A stretch of DNA of 24,161 nucleotides from Eledone cirrhosa. Its lineage: Eukaryota. The stretch lies in the NCBI GenBank assembly GCA_964016885.1, contig CAXHJY010000319.1, positions 1 to 24,161 of the forward strand, given 5' to 3'. The position numbers were made by a program, and so were the translations under genes. Shown in pieces: positions 9,606 through 20,320 of the stretch. The notes under the pieces are model-generated. The model was not told where the DNA came from, did not search any database, and saw only the letters and a list, made by a program, of their open reading frames with translations. Within the stretch, counting starts at the first letter, position 1; the number at the start of each line of letters is the position of its first letter.

Positions 9606-10329
9606 TTTAATATTTATTTTCCTTATGATAGTTTAAATTAGATAGCTCTTTACAACATGAAATATTGCCATACCCCTCATATATCATTTTAACTATGACG
9701 CCTGATCTAACTACATTATCAGAATTATCTCATTCCACCATTTCCAATGTACAGCTTCACAACAACTCTAATGTACATCACTCACCAATAAAAAAAGCTG
9801 GCTCCAAACAGACAGTGTTACCTACTAAATCTATCACATTTCTCTTCTGAACAAGCATTACCATAGAACGTCAAATACAGACAAACATCCCACTAACATA
9901 AACATCCATTCATAGAGAATTGAAAAAAAAAAAAAAATTCAATCTTTGTTCAGCACGTCTTGAACAGAGAAACTCCACAAAGAAAATATAGTGTGAAAAG
10001 CAAAATGACACAGAGACACTAAGTATAGTTCCAGACAGGTACAAGGAAAGAAGAAAAGTGTGTAGTTGATATATTAGATCCATCATGTATTATGTTAGTG
10101 TTGCTTTACACAATCACATTATAATAAATCACAACTGCAAAGAACACACAGTTTCACACTTTGTATCATCACAGGTTGCACATTACATCATCTACTGAAT
10201 GAAATGAAATATAAAAATTGAAAAACCATCTAGACACTCCATGGTGATATCTTATTACAGTAAACTGAGCCCACCAAATTATTTGTTTAATCATGTTCCA
10301 ACATCCAGAAATTATTACATAACAAGAGG

Positions 10330-10520
10330 ACTGGTTTGGCGGTATCGGTGGAGGATCTGATGCCATGCTTTGCAGCATAGAGTTATGTCCCTTTACAATC
10401 TGAGTTCAAATCCTGCCGAGGTTAACGTTGTCTTTCATCCTTACAGGATCGATAAAATAAAGTACCAGTAATGCACTGGGATAATTGCTGGCCTTGTTTC
10501 AAAAGTAGAAACAATTATTA
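10330..10520 (+). mobile_element. tRNA-derived SINE (family 1), near full length
   Basis: A-box-like TGGCGGTATCGG (10337-10348), B-box GAGTTCAAATCC (10402-10413) and ATT-type tail. Clearly homologous to the copies at 19596-19780 and 20321-20435. AATTATTACA occurs at 10310 and 10513 (possible TSD). Confidence 0.9.
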
Positions 10521-11101
10521 CAATGTCATCCCAAATATACTATTTTTATACTCAACTCAGACAAACATAAAAAGTACTTACACTTCATCATAACAACTGT
10601 CGCAAATTAGCCCCAATGATTGTGCTAAGATGAACAACACTACAGTTAAATGCAGCAATATTTGCACTTTGCCCCTACATTGACCACTTCTACAACCTAC
10701 TTGAAATAAATGAGTAAACCTTTATGTTATCACTTGATCAGCTAAAAATTACAGTCAACTGTACACATTAGATAATATAGTCCTTGATATATCCCCAAAA
10801 TGTCAACTAGAATACCTTTAATTAGGTCTGCTCAATTAATCTTGCCCTCGCACCAAAAACAGGAACTGGAATAAACCAAACATGTAAAGAAATACAGCAT
10901 GCCCAAATATATTGATTGTAACCAAGTATTCCTCTATTCACGTCTACTGAATCAGTGATAACTTGAGTTGTACAAGAATCAACACCAGTTTAACTGTCAT
11001 TCATAACAATTTCATAGTAATCTCTTACATTAACCACATGCCACAAAGAGGTTTCATGTATCTAATCAACCTATTACAATTATCTTTTATACATTCTATA
11101 T

Positions 11102-11371
11102 TTATCACTTTTAGCAAATATTTGGTGAATAAGAAAGCCTTATCTCCAATGAAATATTCTGCTTATGCAATTTATTTTGAAAATAATAAAAAATTTGGAG
11201 GAATTTATCTAAATAACTAGCTTTTTCATTAGTAAGCTTATGTTTGGAATATCACTTAAAAACCTTTTTTAAATAAAATTTTGATGGAAGGTTTTAATAT
11301 CATGCATGGGCATTTTAAAATTGGTATTTTATTGTCATAAAACTAGTGTGGTCTAATATCAAGAGGGTTAA
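11102..11371 (-). mobile_element. MITE-like element with GGGTTAA end (piggyBac-type terminus), decayed
   Basis: Ends AAGAGGGTTAA. Shares colinear inverted blocks with 12032-12261: 11174-11187 vs 12192-12205, 11221-11231 vs 12152-12162, 11335-11343 vs 12071-12079. Confidence 0.6.
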
Positions 11372-11417
11372 ACAAGACTCTACCTGTATGGAAATGAGGT
11401 AAATATTGGGTCATTGT

Positions 11418-11600
11418 TTAACCCTTTTCATAAACCTCCTGAAAAACCACATCTATTTCTATAATGTAAAACTGTTTTTGTTAAGTGTTTATAATTATCT
11501 AAAACACACCCATGAACATTTTATGAAAGAAACTTTGATATGCTCCAAATTCCAGTTTAATATTGGGGAAGCTATATTATTAAATATTTCCAAATCCGTG
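11418..11600 (+). mobile_element. MITE-like element of the same family, left part
   Basis: Starts TTAACCCTTTT and is loosely colinear with 12032-12200. Right boundary uncertain. Confidence 0.45.
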
Positions 11601-11621
11601 ATGTGTCTTCTATTTTATTTA

Positions 11622-11710
11622 TCACAAGGCCTTGATCAATCTATACTTGGTGTATGTTTGTTGAAGGCGCTTCACTGTGGGACCAAACCCAAAACCACTT
11701 GGTTGCTTGT
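11622..11710 (-). mobile_element. Decayed fragment of a second SINE family
   Basis: CACTGTGGGACCAAACCC..ACCACTTGGTTG resembles the reverse complement of 20840-20870 (TTTGATCCCACTGTGAGGCACTTTG) and a recalled octopus tRNA-SINE head. Confidence 0.4.
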
Positions 11711-12031
11711 CGATCTGATCATCTTTGTTTTAAACAAATTAATATTGATGCAGTAACATAGGAAAATATTCAATATCTATTTAGTTAAGCCCTCTGTTGT
11801 ATCATTAACTCCTTTATCATTCTCCTCATCTAAGCTCAACAGCAAATATTGGCAAATGACAGTGTGCTTTGAATTGCTCCCTCAAGATGCAAACATTTTG
11901 GCCAGTGTGGTGACATATAACTGCTTAACATAACAACAGTGTATTACAACTACTTGTTATATCAACTTTTGAAGGATGAGAGGTAAAGTTCATTCTTTTT
12001 GGATTTAACCTCTGAACAATGAAGCATCAGT

Positions 12032-12261
12032 TTAACCATTTTGATACCAAAACACATGAAACTACTCCTGGTTTTATGATACTAAGCTGATTGCTTTAAA
12101 GTGTCTAAAAACTATTTATCATAATTTTATGTAAGATAAACATTACCTTAATAATGAAAAAGTTATTTTATTGAATTGCCCAAAATGCTTCATTATTTTC
12201 AAAATTATTAAAAAAACCATAGGTAGTGTCTTCCACTAGAAATATGGTAATGAAAGGTTAA
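12032..12261 (+). mobile_element. MITE-like element, about 230 bp, imperfect TIRs, TTAA at both ends
   Basis: Left end TTAACCATTTTGATACCA; right end TGGTAATGAAAGGTTAA (reverse complement TTAACCTTTCATTACCA). Non-coding. TTAA plus CC(C) termini are the established piggyBac signature. Confidence 0.65.
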
Positions 12262-13689
12262 ATACCATTATACAATTATTTTTTGTTCTATCTAAGCCAT
12301 GTTCTAACTAATTAAAAACAAAATTAATTAACATATAATTGTATTTCACTTTCAAAATTTATTGTCTTTTAGAAGTTTTTGAACAAAGGGTGGAGATATT
12401 TCACACACACATGCACACAACTTTTCTATCTTTCTACATTTACACTCTCACATATATCTTTATGTGTTTTTAAATATAATTGAAAATATGTTTCAAAGGA
12501 CATCAACATATTTTGAGCCAAATACATGTATATGTTGTCTTTTAACCCTAGGCTATCCTAAATGGAAATGATCTAGGATTAATTCAATATCAGCAATGAC
12601 TAATGTCTCTCTGTTTCCATTATCCAATGAACTATTCTTATTCCAAGATAATAGGCTATGATTTGAGGAAGATTAGGCTACTCTTTCTAAAAGTCCATGG
12701 TTCCATGTGTGTGAATCAAGGATGTTGAAATCCTTCTCTATATTTTGATATTTCTCTCTTTCTCTCACCCACTATTTCACTACTTTATCTTATTTGCTCA
12801 CATCTATTTTTTCCCTTCTTTCTTTTCCTTCTTTACTGTTAGCCAAAGGAACGTTAGAGATTGCTAAGATCACACAGATATTTGATTTTTCTAGGAAGTG
12901 AGAATTTATGTTGCAGATACTCTCCTATGAATTTCCTTTATTTGTTTTCTTTTGCAAAATTTAACCACTACTCTCACATACACCAAACAAACATACCCAC
13001 ACATTCATAATAAATCTTTTTTTTTTTCACATTGCTTTGCATCTCTTCTTCTTATTTATGCTGTTTCTCACTCTAAACACTGCAGCAAACATTACATGTA
13101 ATCTTTCATTTCAATAACTACCATTCTAGAACCCACTTCCTTCATATTTATTTTCACAGTACACTGACCTTTAACTACTAAGGATTGACATAAACTGCTT
13201 TAATATTACTCTATCCTTTTGATCCAAGATGTACCTACTGGCTGTGAACAGAATCCTTCATTTATAGTCATGCAGAAGGAAAGAGGAAAAAATAGAAAAT
13301 CTTCTTAATCAGAGCCACATGTCACAAGCTCTCAAACCTTAGGCAACAAACCTAGTGTAAATAAGGAAATTATAGGATAATTGCAGGCAAAACACCATTT
13401 GAACACAGCTATGTAGAACGTCTCCCAAAATGTTCACATTAACCATACTTGTACATTTGTCTGCCTGATCAAATCAAAGTGAAATGAAAACTACTTAGTA
13501 TTATTACCAGCTCCACCACTTCTACTATCACATAATCCATTAGTTAGCTTACTGTTAGAAATCTAAACTATTTCAACTTTTTTCTTTTACTGCGAATTTA
13601 GTATTTAGTCGAAATGAGATGGGAGGGGAGGGAAACTAGATATATATTCCAAACGTTTTCAAAATAATGATCTTCATTAAAGGCACCCA

Positions 13690-13970
13690 AGTGTCAGATG
13701 CTGGGGTTAAACCAGGTGAAGGATTAAGTTTGCCACCTAAGTACACCATAGCTGGATTTGAACTAAAAATATAATAAAAAACCAGAACAAATACTGTAAG
13801 GCATTTCATCTGACACTAATAATGCTGTACACACACTACTCTTGTCTGATACGTTATTTTATCAGATCAGATGTGGAAGAAGTAAAGGCAAGGTTGACTT
13901 CAACAGTATTTAAACTCAGAATACAGAGGCCTGTGAGAAATACAAACAAATTATTTTGTCCCATCTATGA
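13690..13970 (-). mobile_element. Two tandem, strongly decayed family-1-like SINE copies
   Basis: Reverse B-box remnants GGATTTGAACT (~13753) and TATTTAAACTCAGAAT (~13907). TTATTTTATC and AAAGGCAAGGTTGAC match the minus-strand SINE at 20321-20435. Confidence 0.55.
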
Positions 13971-14009
13971 TAAAGTAGTCAAGTTTAATTGTGTGGGATT
14001 ATGATATTG

Positions 14010-14520
14010 TTTGCTGAGTTGCTTTCAGTGTTTGCTGTGAGTCATCACTAATTTTTACTTGTAAATTATTGACCATTTAATTCATCTGAAAAATGAGTTT
14101 CTGTCATTTCTGATAGGTATTGAATGAATTGTCATTATTCAGGGTTTTGTAACTTTCTATTCATCATCTGTTTTTTATGAGTTGCTGTGAAATATCATTG
14201 GGTTCGTTTTATGAGATACTATGTTATAAGAATTTAAGTGTTTCTCCTATCTTTGTTTGTAAGTCATCACCAAATGTTTGTTGAGTTGATGTTAGTTATC
14301 ACAGCTTTTGATGAATTGCCTGTCAGTGTTTTGTGTGTTGGTCTGATGATTTTTCATGAACAGCCTGATAAATTGCTGTATATCATTATTCTGTACTGCT
14401 TGAGTTATTGAGGGTCATCACAGGTACCTAATGATTTATTGTGAATCATTAATATTTCATGATTTTACTGTAAATCCTAATTAGCTAGCAGTTTGATAAG
14501 TTGCTGTGGATAATCACAAA
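14010..14520. repeat. Highly degenerate minisatellite, motif about (TGA)TGAGTTGCTGTGAATCATCAC
   Basis: Recurring variants include TTTGCTGTGAGTCATCAC, TGAGTTGCTGTGAAATATCAT, AAATTGCTGTATATCAT, GATTTATTGTGAATCATT and AAGTTGCTGTGGATAATCAC. Confidence 0.55.
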
Positions 14521-14659
14521 CAATATCATATCTCTTACTACCTTCCCCCTTTTGTTGTGGTTTTCTGTGTTTTTATTATATTTTATCTAATGATCATATG
14601 GCAAGGAATTCCTTGATATTCATTTGAAATGCTGATATTGTTACACACTTTTGTCTTAA

Positions 14660-14830
14660 ACCACAACAACAATTACAACAAATAAATACAACTGTATTAC
14701 AATTGTAATTGTTATTACTAATATTTCAGTATTACTTACTTTTACTACTACAACTTTCATAGTTGCCATTGCTATAACATCTACCACTACTGATATTAGA
14801 ATTGCCAATATTACTACTACTAATTCTAAT
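14660..14830. repeat. Degenerate trinucleotide low-complexity tract (ACA/ATT/ACT)
   Basis: Visible triplet periodicity; explains the V/I-rich ORF 14656..14838. Confidence 0.7.
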
Positions 14831-14936
14831 ATAGACAAGCCAGATATTTATATCACCTATGTGCTTTAACTATATATGCAACATTAGAATTGAATGGTGT
14901 TAGCTATATAACAAAGCATCCCCAACAGTATGAGTT

Positions 14937-14978
14937 ATAATGGCCTAAACTATCACACATAATGGCCTAAACTATCAC
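14937..14978. repeat. Local tandem duplication, 20-bp ATAATGGCCTAAACTATCAC x2 (22-bp period)
   Basis: Exact copies at 14937-14956 and 14959-14978. Confidence 0.9.
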
Positions 14979-15239
14979 TAACTGGTCCTTGGGTTCCTTT
15001 AAAATAGTGAATTCTGGTGCAAGCCTTTAGACTTATTAGTTCCTATTTCCCCACAGACATTTTGTTTGTAGATATTGGCTTTCAGATGTGCAAAATATGC
15101 AATATCTGCATCAATCTTACTTGTCTGGGAGAGTCTACAATATGTCTCTTAAAATGGTGAGGTTGACACAGTTAGTGCTCAGAGCATCAGTCGTAGTCAT
15201 TCTTTGGGCCTATGTTAGAAGCTATTATTATTGGCAGTA

Positions 15240-15672
15240 TTCTACATTTCCTCAATGAATATATTTTTGTCTGTGAGGATTAGTACCTCAATTAGAAGAT
15301 ATTTCTGTAGTCATTGACTATAATATCCAGTTAGATGGCATTGATCTCGCTGTCTGTGTGTATTGCATATCCCAGAGTATGGTTGTTTCGTCATGTTTTG
15401 ACACCTTTTCTGGTTTATACCACCTTTTTTCTGTTGGAATTTTGTAATGATGGCATAACTTCCAGTGCATGTAAATCTTAACACTATCATTTTTGTGGAT
15501 ATATTCTTTTGTGGCTGAGACTGGCAGCCAGAGATAATGTGGTTAATTGTTTCCTTCCCATCATGGTACATTCTGCAGTTACTTACTGTCTTCTACTTCA
15601 TTATGTATTTTTATGGTTTCTTGTGGATAAGCTTTAATTTTTTGCTACAATTAGAAATCCTTCAGTCTCAGT
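15240..15672 (-). mobile_element. Degenerate R4/Dong-like non-LTR retrotransposon fragment: zinc knuckle plus restriction-like endonuclease region
   Basis: Hand translation across frameshifts and stops: ETEGFLIVA..STRN / NCRMYHDGKETINHIISGC / KEYIHKNDSVKIYMHWKLCHHYKI..KRWYKPEKV..TILWDM / IHTDSEINAI*LDIIV..LLIEVLILTDKNI. This matches the CxxC-H-C knuckle and RPDIV..LID motif order of RLE LINEs. Confidence 0.85.
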
Positions 15673-17937
15673 TATTAATCCATCTCACTGTCCAACAGGA
15701 TCTTTGCATTATAATTTTAAATAACACCCTCTGGTTTGTATTCATACCACTTTTCTGTTCTGTCAAGTCCATACTTGCCATGAAGTGAGGAATGGATTAC
15801 CCTTGTTATATAGTTGTAGTGTCACTTAAATTTTCTGAGCTAGTGGTGTACATTGACTGATAATAAGCCACACAGTTTCTCCATTCTCACCATAAATTCT
15901 GCACATATCCTTTTCAGCAGTGCGATCTACTTTGTGTTTTATGTAGAAGAAAATAAGAATAAAAGAACTTATCCACACATGGATGATTATGTACCATCAA
16001 GGCTGGTTCATGACACCCTTTGCTGGATCTCCAGAACGTATTCATAAACGTTTTCAGTGTAGTACTTAGGCTTAGATTTTGCTACATCATCTGGAATGTC
16101 CATATGTTATTCTTGGTATAACTACATAACAGTTAGCTTTTTTACAAAGAGTTTATTAAATGTTTCAGAAATCTGGTCCTATCTCCTCAGTCAGCATATT
16201 GCTCCCCCATAGGTTGTTAGGACTGTGAATATCATGATATCCCAGTGTAAATGGGCTCTAACTTGTGCATCTTACAAGCTTTTTGTCTGGATCTTCTCTT
16301 CCTTTTCCGTGTTTTGCTGTCTTTTACCTTTTTCTTGTTTACCTGTTCCTAACAGTTTGCTGTTTCTCTCTACCTTCCATCACTGTTCATCACCACAAGC
16401 TTATGGTGTAGTATTAGTATTCTTAATTGAGGTTTCCTTTCAGTAATAGTTGGAGAAGCTTCCATTGACTTCCAGACAGGCACATCTTGGTACTGAGTGG
16501 GTTTTTTTATGTTTCTCCTTGGACCAATGATTGGTTGTGCAGTTTTACAGTTTCTATGGTCTGCTATTGAATGCTCTTATCTTTCTTTCTCTGTTTCTCT
16601 GGTACCTGCCACCCACTACTAGTCTAATTGTTTTAATTTCTTTCTCCACCATGGAGTACATCCACTGAATAACATTGAGGTCATTAGAACTTATTTCTAT
16701 GCAGACCCCACTGAAACACGTTATTTTGTGCTACCTTTGCGGTCACTGCTTGCTTGTACGGTACCACATGGGTGACAGTGACCCAAGGGTCAACATCTCA
16801 ACCCATATCTTTGAACAAGACCTTTGTATTCCATTGCTGCATTGATTGTTGTTCTAGCTTATGGGGTAGTGTGTGATACAGTATCTCCTTTCTCAGCTCA
16901 CTTCTTCTTTGATCCCAACGATCAGGAACACACTTCCATATATTTCATCCTGGTCAATAGAACACTCATTGTTGTATACACCAGTCAGGGCTGATTTCAG
17001 TTGTTTTTTGTTGGACATGGACTCTCCCAAGAATGTTATATTTTATTTTTTGCTTGTTTGTGAAATAAATCATCAGGCACTGCCACTCATAATATATTTC
17101 TTTCATATTCTCCATCCCTAGAAACTGGCTAATAACAAGTGCTCTCACTAATTAACAAAGCTAACAAAACTGCAGCTATTGCTATTGAGGTTATTAGAAA
17201 TATTAGAAATGTTGTTTCTTTTTTCTATTTGTTAGACTGTCTACTGTATCAACTTGTTCATGAGTGTTTACTTTTTAAAGACTGTTATTTTTCGCAACCT
17301 TTATGGAGATTTTGGGGGTATATACTCTGCAGCCACGCTTATGCCTAGCACCTCTTACTACTACCCTGGAATCAGAAGTCAACTTGCAAACATATTGGAA
17401 AGAGATAATAATATCAATGTCTAAAGCCGTAACATTTTTCTAACCCAGATAAATGTAGATGACCAAACATTCTAGAAGTTTCTTGTTTACAAAATGAAAT
17501 TTAAAAAAAAATCATTCCTCCGCTAAATAAATTGTAGTAAGATATTATTTTTTTCAAAATTATCTCTGGAGACATCTTTATGAATAACACAATAAAAATA
17601 AAGATAATGATGATAAAAATAATAATAAAGCAAAATTTGAACTGATGTTTAAAGCCAATTGCTAGATGCTTTTCGTGTATAACAAATAGTTCAGGTTATA
17701 TTTGAAATACTGCAACAAGTAAAATTTGAACAGCTTTGAAAGCTAAACATGGCTTTATTTTAAAAAAAAGTTTGAATTTTCAATCTAAAAGATCCTTTTC
17801 AAAGAAATCAAAAAGAAATCAAAAATTCAGTGGGGAAAAAAATTAAATAAAAATGTTTTATAAAACATTGTTTGGCTCTCAAATCAATTAAAATTAAAAT
17901 TGTCACATTGCTTCAAATCCAACCTTGACTATTTGTT

Positions 17938-18065
17938 ATAATAATAATGATGATAATAATAATAACCTATAATAATAGGTGCTCTAGGAATGATAATAAA
18001 AAAACACACAGACAAATACATGGCTAATAATAATAATATGATAATAATAAAATAATAATAATAAT
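17938..18065. repeat. (TAA)n microsatellite with a short internal insert
   Basis: AAT/GAT runs on both sides of 17966-18022. Confidence 0.85.
17966..18022 (+). mobile_element. Tiny R4/Dong-like ORF fragment (post-endonuclease region)
   Basis: Translates PIIIGALGMIIKKHTDKYM, matching the P(I/V)xxGALG motif near the C-terminus of RLE LINE ORFs. Confidence 0.6.
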
Positions 18066-18159
18066 GTTTTATTGTCCACAAGGACACAATATTGGGAGAC
18101 AATACAAAGATGAAAAATGACAGAAATTAGGGTTTACATCAAGTAAAGGGAAGGGGATA

Positions 18160-18352
18160 ATTATTATTTAACATAGGTACAGGGAGTAGGGCAAGTGATT
18201 AAATAGACCTCAGTACTTGACTGGTACTTTATTTTATAATATCAGGAAAGATGAAAAGAGAATCAACATGCCTTCTATTCTTTTGGGTTTGATAAAAAGA
18301 TACTGGAGAGCCATTTGTCTGGTTCTTTACAGATTATGGCAATCCACTGCAA
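18160..18352 (-). mobile_element. Decayed family-1 SINE
   Basis: CAGTACTTGACTGGTACTTTATTTTAT and AAGATGAAA core. The head-like GGCAATCCAC(T)G resembles the reverse complement of CGGTGGATTGGC at 19596. Confidence 0.7.
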
Positions 18353-18430
18353 TATTAATAATAATTACAATAAAAATGCAAATAATAAACACCTACAAAA
18401 CATAGCAAAATTGAGTACATGGAGTGAGTT

Positions 18431-18867
18431 ACTAGATATATCAATGTGAGATTCAGTTTAGAGAAATGCACCAAGGCAACAATGAAGATAGGAACATTAA
18501 TTAAGAAGAGTAATATCATGATAGCTAAATGAACAGAGATAAGAGAATTAGAACAGTAAAACAGACTTAGAGATACTTAGTAATCAATGAACTAGATAAA
18601 CTACAACAGATACTAATTAAAGAAAAGATTATGAAAGAATAATATAGGTACATTAGATTATACCTCAAACAAAGATAGCTGCAAAAACAAAATAAGATAA
18701 TACGCATCAATAATCTAGACAGCCCAGTAGTATGTTAGAGCTCTAATATTCTCAAATGAATGTTAAACAAATTAACAAAAATGGACAGAAAAATAATTAC
18801 AACATTCAAATGACAGGATTCCAAATATGACATAGAAATATTATACCTACTACGAATTCAGTTAGGT
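18431..18867 (+). mobile_element. Degenerate R4/Dong-like reverse transcriptase C-terminal (thumb) fragment
   Basis: Hand translation: INVRFSLEKCTKATMKIG..EIRELEQ / RYLVINE..IKEKIMKE*YRYIR / INNLDSPVV..NILK*..LTKMDRK..KYDIEILYLLR. This follows the FGLDKC, YKYLG, INxLAxPV, DRK and RLYLPR motif order, with multiple stops. Confidence 0.8.
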
Positions 18868-19125
18868 TATTATCATCATGATTATTTGACATCTACTTTT
18901 CCATGTTTACATGGGTTGGACAGCTCTGTTCCAGCACAGTTTCCCTCCATTTGTTGTATTCTGTCATCATCTTTCTGAGCTTAAGTGACACATCTTCCCA
19001 TGTCTTTATTGGTCTTCCTCTACTGCAGGCCCTTTCCACTTGGATTTCCTGGCACTTCTTTACCCAACAATCATCATCCATATGTATCACATGTTCATAC
19101 CTACACAGTTTTCTCTCTTGCACAC
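18868..19125 (-). mobile_element. RTE-clade LINE 3' end, 5'-truncated and decayed
   Basis: ORF 18893..19123 (QERKLCRYEHVIHMDDDCWVKKC..RGRPIKTWEDV) matches the RTE C-terminal RLRWFGHV.RM...RGRP.KTW motif. It is followed by an ATG/ATA-repeat tail at 18868-18885. Confidence 0.85.
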
Positions 19126-19452
19126 TATTACTAGAACATTTTTTTTAAATATTCACAAATATCTAGCAATGAACAATGATTATCTAACATAAACAGAAAC
19201 AAAACAAATTCGTTTTTTTTATTTTGGAGAAAGCCAACAAATAAAAAATAGTGACTGAAGCCCTTGATAGTTGTAAGGAGGAAGAAAAACAAAAGGAAAT
19301 GTGAAAAAACTAAAAGATGAAGCTACATAACATCATGCTAAAACACTGACAAGAAAATACACTACATCGCTAACACAAGATAAAATTGAACCTTAATGTA
19401 GTGAAGAAAAAAACCACTAATACTATTTATGCTGATCATTATCATTTAACAT

Positions 19453-19580
19453 ACGTCCCTTTACGATCTGAGTTCAAATCCCGCCGAGGTTGACTTTGCC
19501 TTTCATCCTTACGGGGTCGATAAAATAAAGTACCAGTAATGCACTGGGTAATTGCTGGCCTTGTGCCTAAAGTAGAAACA
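19453..19580 (+). mobile_element. Family-1 SINE, 5'-truncated copy
   Basis: Identical to the 3' part of the adjacent copy (offset 197). Flanked by ATTATCATTTAACAT at 19438-19452 and 19581-19595. Confidence 0.92.
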
Positions 19581-19595
19581 ATTATCATTTAACAT

Positions 19596-19777
19596 CGGTG
19601 GATTGGCAGTATCGGTAGAGGGTTTGACGCCATACTTTCCAGCATAGTTACGTCCCTTTACGATCTGAGTTCAAATCCCGCCGAGGTTGACTTTGCCTTT
19701 CATCCTTACGGGGTCGATAAAATAAAGTACCAGTAATGCACTGGGTAATTGCTGGCCTTGTGCCTAAAGTAGAAACA
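19596..19777 (+). mobile_element. Family-1 SINE, near full length, young
   Basis: A-box-like TGGCAGTATCGG and B-box GAGTTCAAATCC. Flanked by the 15-bp direct repeat at 19581-19595 and 19778-19792. Confidence 0.92.
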
Positions 19778-20060
19778 ATTATCATTTAACATCTAAATTC
19801 CTTGCCTACAAGGGTTGGACGGGTTGCCACATAACAAGTCTGTACTTAATCTGAGCCCCAGATCTCTCAGATGAGCCAGGTTTGTACTTTGTTTACACAT
19901 GATCTTGCATTCTACATAGTACAGTGTGCATCTTTCATTATCATTGCACCAGTGCTAGGCAGAGTATCATTTTTACTATACAAATAAAGAGTCCTCTCTA
20001 TCCTTTGGCAAGGTTTTTACATGACTGGATCACCTTCTTTGTGCCACTAACACTAGAGAG
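19778..20060 (-). mobile_element. Decayed RTE-tail-related non-autonomous element
   Basis: ATCATTTAACATCT..GGGTTGGAC resembles the RTE 3' end at 18880-18921 (ATTTGACATCT..GGGTTGGAC). The right boundary is uncertain. Confidence 0.45.
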
Positions 20061-20320
20061 GTGTTGCATCCTTGACAGAACTGAAGTGTCCTCTTAACAC
20101 TATTTGGGGGGTGGTAAGATAGGAAGGAAGATAAGTATGATGTCACAGGTAAGTTACAATAGATGAGGTGGGATGACAATATTAATTTAATCTCATATTA
20201 CCAAATAAGGACAACACCGTTGGACATGTGTCCCTCATATTAAACCTCCTCAATAAAACTAGGTTTCTTAGTATTTGTCAGATTAGTGATAAAAGAATTA
20301 CTGTACTGATGTACAATAAT

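Noticed and set aside
12-9641. 3209-aa and 2344-aa plus-strand ORFs as real proteins
   Set aside because: The 3209-aa ORF drifts through three unrelated repeat frames at 1-bp deletions. Thousands of uninterrupted I/L/F/T residues are implausible, and the strand cannot easily form stops.
9787-9937. AATAAA at 9787 plus A15 at 9923-9937 as a retrocopy poly(A) end
   Set aside because: The spacing of about 130 bp is too long, no TSD is visible, and both motifs are common in AT-rich DNA.
10337-10413. tRNA gene from A/B boxes
   Set aside because: No cloverleaf; the boxes belong to a multi-copy SINE head.
10720-12710. Possible inverted pair of another old repeat at about 10720-10865 and 12535-12710
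   Set aside because: The similarity rests mainly on my recollection of an octopus repeat; direct identity between the two is too weak to support.
13245-13255. GTGAACAGAAT match to the array unit (reverse strand)
   Set aside because: A single 11-bp match is compatible with chance.
15680-17130. 5' continuation of the R4-like element
   Set aside because: Composition is suggestive, but I could not recover convincing motifs by hand; needs BLASTX.
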